Source: Sminthopsis crassicaudata
Taxonomy: Eukaryota
Length of the DNA stretch: 64,000 nucleotides
Assembly: GCF_048593235.1 (NCBI RefSeq)
Contig: NC_133622.1
Coordinates: 238,545,198 to 238,609,197, forward strand
Reading direction: 5' to 3'
Positions 61,351-64,000 of the stretch are shown in pieces. Both the position numbers and the translations under genes were made by a program. Under the pieces are notes generated by a model. It was not told the DNA's origin and made no database searches. It was given only the letters and a program-made list of their open reading frames with translations. The number at the start of each line of letters is the position of its first letter. Within the stretch, counting starts at the first letter, position 1.

Positions 61351-61499
61351 TTATGCCTTGTACCAAGTTTGAGAGTTTTCCAACTACACTCACTGAAGGG
61401 AAAATGCCACATTAAATGATAAAGAAAAGAAAATACCCATTGCTGTGTGGATCTGTTTTAAAGGAATGCCAATTAACTTTTGTTAAAACTTTACTGTGC

Positions 61500-61845
61500 A
61501 CGACAAGCTGATTTTACAAAGCCTGGAAAGATTTACCTGAACTAATGCTGAGCAAAACAAGCAGAACCAAGAATACATTACACACAACAACTGCAAGAAT
61601 GTGTAATGATCAACTACCAAATATCTGGTTCTTCTCAGTGTTTCAGTGATTCAAAGATAGACTTTGGACAGAAAATGTCATAGGCATCCAGAAAAAGAGG
61701 GCGACTGAATGTAAATCAATACATGCTATGTTCACTTTTTTTTTTTTTAATCTCTCCCATAGTTTTTTTTTTCCCTTTTGCTCTGATTTTTCTTACCAAA
61801 CATGATTCATAAAGCAATGTGTATTCATAAACAAATAAATCAATT
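61500..61845 (+). mobile_element. L1 3' end (different subfamily)
   Basis: gcctggaaagatttacctgaactaatgctgag...gcagaaccaagaa, then a 3'UTR ending aaacaaataaat. Confidence 0.7.
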
Positions 61846-64000
61846 TTAATAAGACTATTATGCATCAGGAAATATAGTGAGCATTAAAGACACAGATTTA
61901 AGCACAAATAAAGAGAACACTATGGATAACAGAAGTATTTATTATGAAGCAAAGGATAAAGAAATCACAAAAAATGTTTTTAATTATGTAATTTTTAAAA
62001 AGATTTTACACTCATGAAAATTAGAATTAGAATGAGAACAAAGTAATATAAAATTATTTTTAATGCTTCTTAAAAGAAATATCCGAAAAAATATGTAATG
62101 AAATAATTCAAAATATGTGAAACAAGAGGCATGCCCTGAAATGATCAATGGTTAAAAAAAAAAAAAAAAAAAAAAAGATTTGAACAGGTTGTTTTTGATA
62201 GAGTGAAATGATTAGAAAAAATGCAACTGAATGTTATGCATTTGAAAGGAAATAATAGGAATGAGAACCTGGTCAGACAAAATCTTTTCTCAATGAAATG
62301 ATCAATAAGATTTCAGAAAAGTTATTATAAAAACAAACAGACAAATAATTGATTAAATACATACAGATTGAAATATACAGGGATTTAAAAAAAATAGCCA
62401 ATGCTCGAATTTATTTGTCATTACCATTCATTTGTTGCATGATGTTTTTCGCCTCCACTGTGTGTTATATGAGATGGAGGATTAATTTTTTCTTTGAAAG
62501 TAATTTCTTTTTTACAAAGGACTAAATGTTATGTCAAGAAGGACACCTTTATAAAAAGTGTTTTTTTTTTTTTTCTTCTTTGTTTCCCTAATAAATTGCC
62601 ATAGTGTGAAAGCTTCACCAAAGTAACTTTTATTAAGCACTTAATCTTTTTAGGAGCCATACCTATTCTGTATCTCCAAAAGTTCTGCTTTCTATAGTCT
62701 CTCATTGGTTCTATTTAAAAGTAATTGAATTTCTACATTTCATACTTATATCATATCAAGATCACACACATATGAAGAAGACCCATATCAAGATTACACA
62801 GAAGAAGATATGCTTCTAAAACTAGTGGAACAATTAAAAAAAAGTGAGGAATGCTTATATTTCAGATAATCAAAACTAAGAGTAAATTATTTATATTTCT
62901 TGTTATTTTTCTAACATTTAAGTCATGTCAAGCACTGTGAAAATTTTAGATATTAAATCAAAATGAAGTTTTCCCTATATAGGGAAAAAAGTATAGCTAT
63001 TGCACTAAAAGTAAAAAATGCTGATAGCAAGATTTTTCTTGTGACCCTCTTACTAAAAGAGTTCATTGGAAAAACAGAAACTCAGCTATCATTGTTATAT
63101 GGATAATTCTGCTTAACTTTAAATATACACATGTCAAAAATCACTTGTCAAATTCTACAAAATAAAGATTTACTTATGGTCCATTGATAAGCTCCCAGAC
63201 ACTCAATGGTCTATATAACCTAACAAGTAGATTATATATTAAAACAGTGATACTTTTATCCATTCATTCAGTGAACTATGTTTAAATGAATTAAAAACCA
63301 TAACCCAGTTTTAGAGAATATATTCCAATTTGATTTCATCATTTATCTTTAAAATATTGAATCAATAAATAATGGAAGATTGGATGGGTGGTGCACTTGG
63401 GGTTCAGAAAAGGCATACAAATGATGGTGTCTGAATTTCATCTAAGAGGAAGAGAGGGATCGTAAAACATAGTTCATTAAAAGAATGTGAGATGATCAAT
63501 ACAAAAGTTTATATAGAAGATAGGGGAGAGAGAACATAATTTCTTATAGAGTTATATCCAGTTTCTTTGGGACACAGAGCATAAGAGGAGAGTAATGTTC
63601 AAAAAACTAAGTAATGACTATGTTAAGTAGGGTTTTAAATATTAAGAATGTGCCAGAACACTCAATCTGGAAAGAATTCATCCATCAGCAATGTTTTCTT
63701 AGTCATCTGTTTTGATCAGAATACAGTTCTTTGCATAAATGGAGATATTAAGTATATTCAAACAAGGTTTAGTGCCTGACATAGTTTACAGTATCCTAGG
63801 AACAGAAGAAATTAAAATGTTTAGTCATTCAACCTAAAAGTTCACAGAATTTATAATGAGTTACCAAAATAAAGAAAATATTATATAGGATGGAAAATCT
63901 TTTAGCAAATTACTTTTTCCTCTTGATTGATTGATTCTTGAGTGACTATTTTTTAAATCACAATTTTAGATGACTTACTAAATTAATGTAGAACAATTTT

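Noticed and set aside
1-64000. CRISPR arrays, operons, rRNA genes or another novel multi-gene system
   Set aside because: This is eukaryotic OR-cluster DNA. All repeated structure is explained by TEs, microsatellites and segmental duplication.

Overview
This is AT-rich mammalian genomic DNA. The WSINE1-type and Mar1-type SINEs and marsupial-type L1s point to an Australian marsupial, probably a dasyurid (inference from repeat types). The window is part of a class II olfactory receptor cluster with five intact single-exon OR4 genes, all on the + strand: four OR4C11-like (1808, 17479, 33907, 45027) and one OR4C15-like (ATG at 57171). The intergenic DNA is mostly nested L1 fragments, core-SINEs, L2 remnants, two solo LTRs, a hAT MITE, microsatellites and five assembly gaps. 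I found no new biological system. The most interesting signals concern how the cluster evolved. (i) There was an old tandem duplication and a younger ~11-13 kb one, whose crossover maps to a polypyrimidine tract; a falsely duplicated haplotig must be excluded because gaps bound the second copy. (ii) The OR at 17479 has a CDS homogenised with its neighbours despite ~75% identical flanks, suggesting gene conversion. (iii) A 2,031-bp loss upstream of the OR at 45027 coincides with a step in sequence identity. All identity figures are hand counts or estimates by eye.
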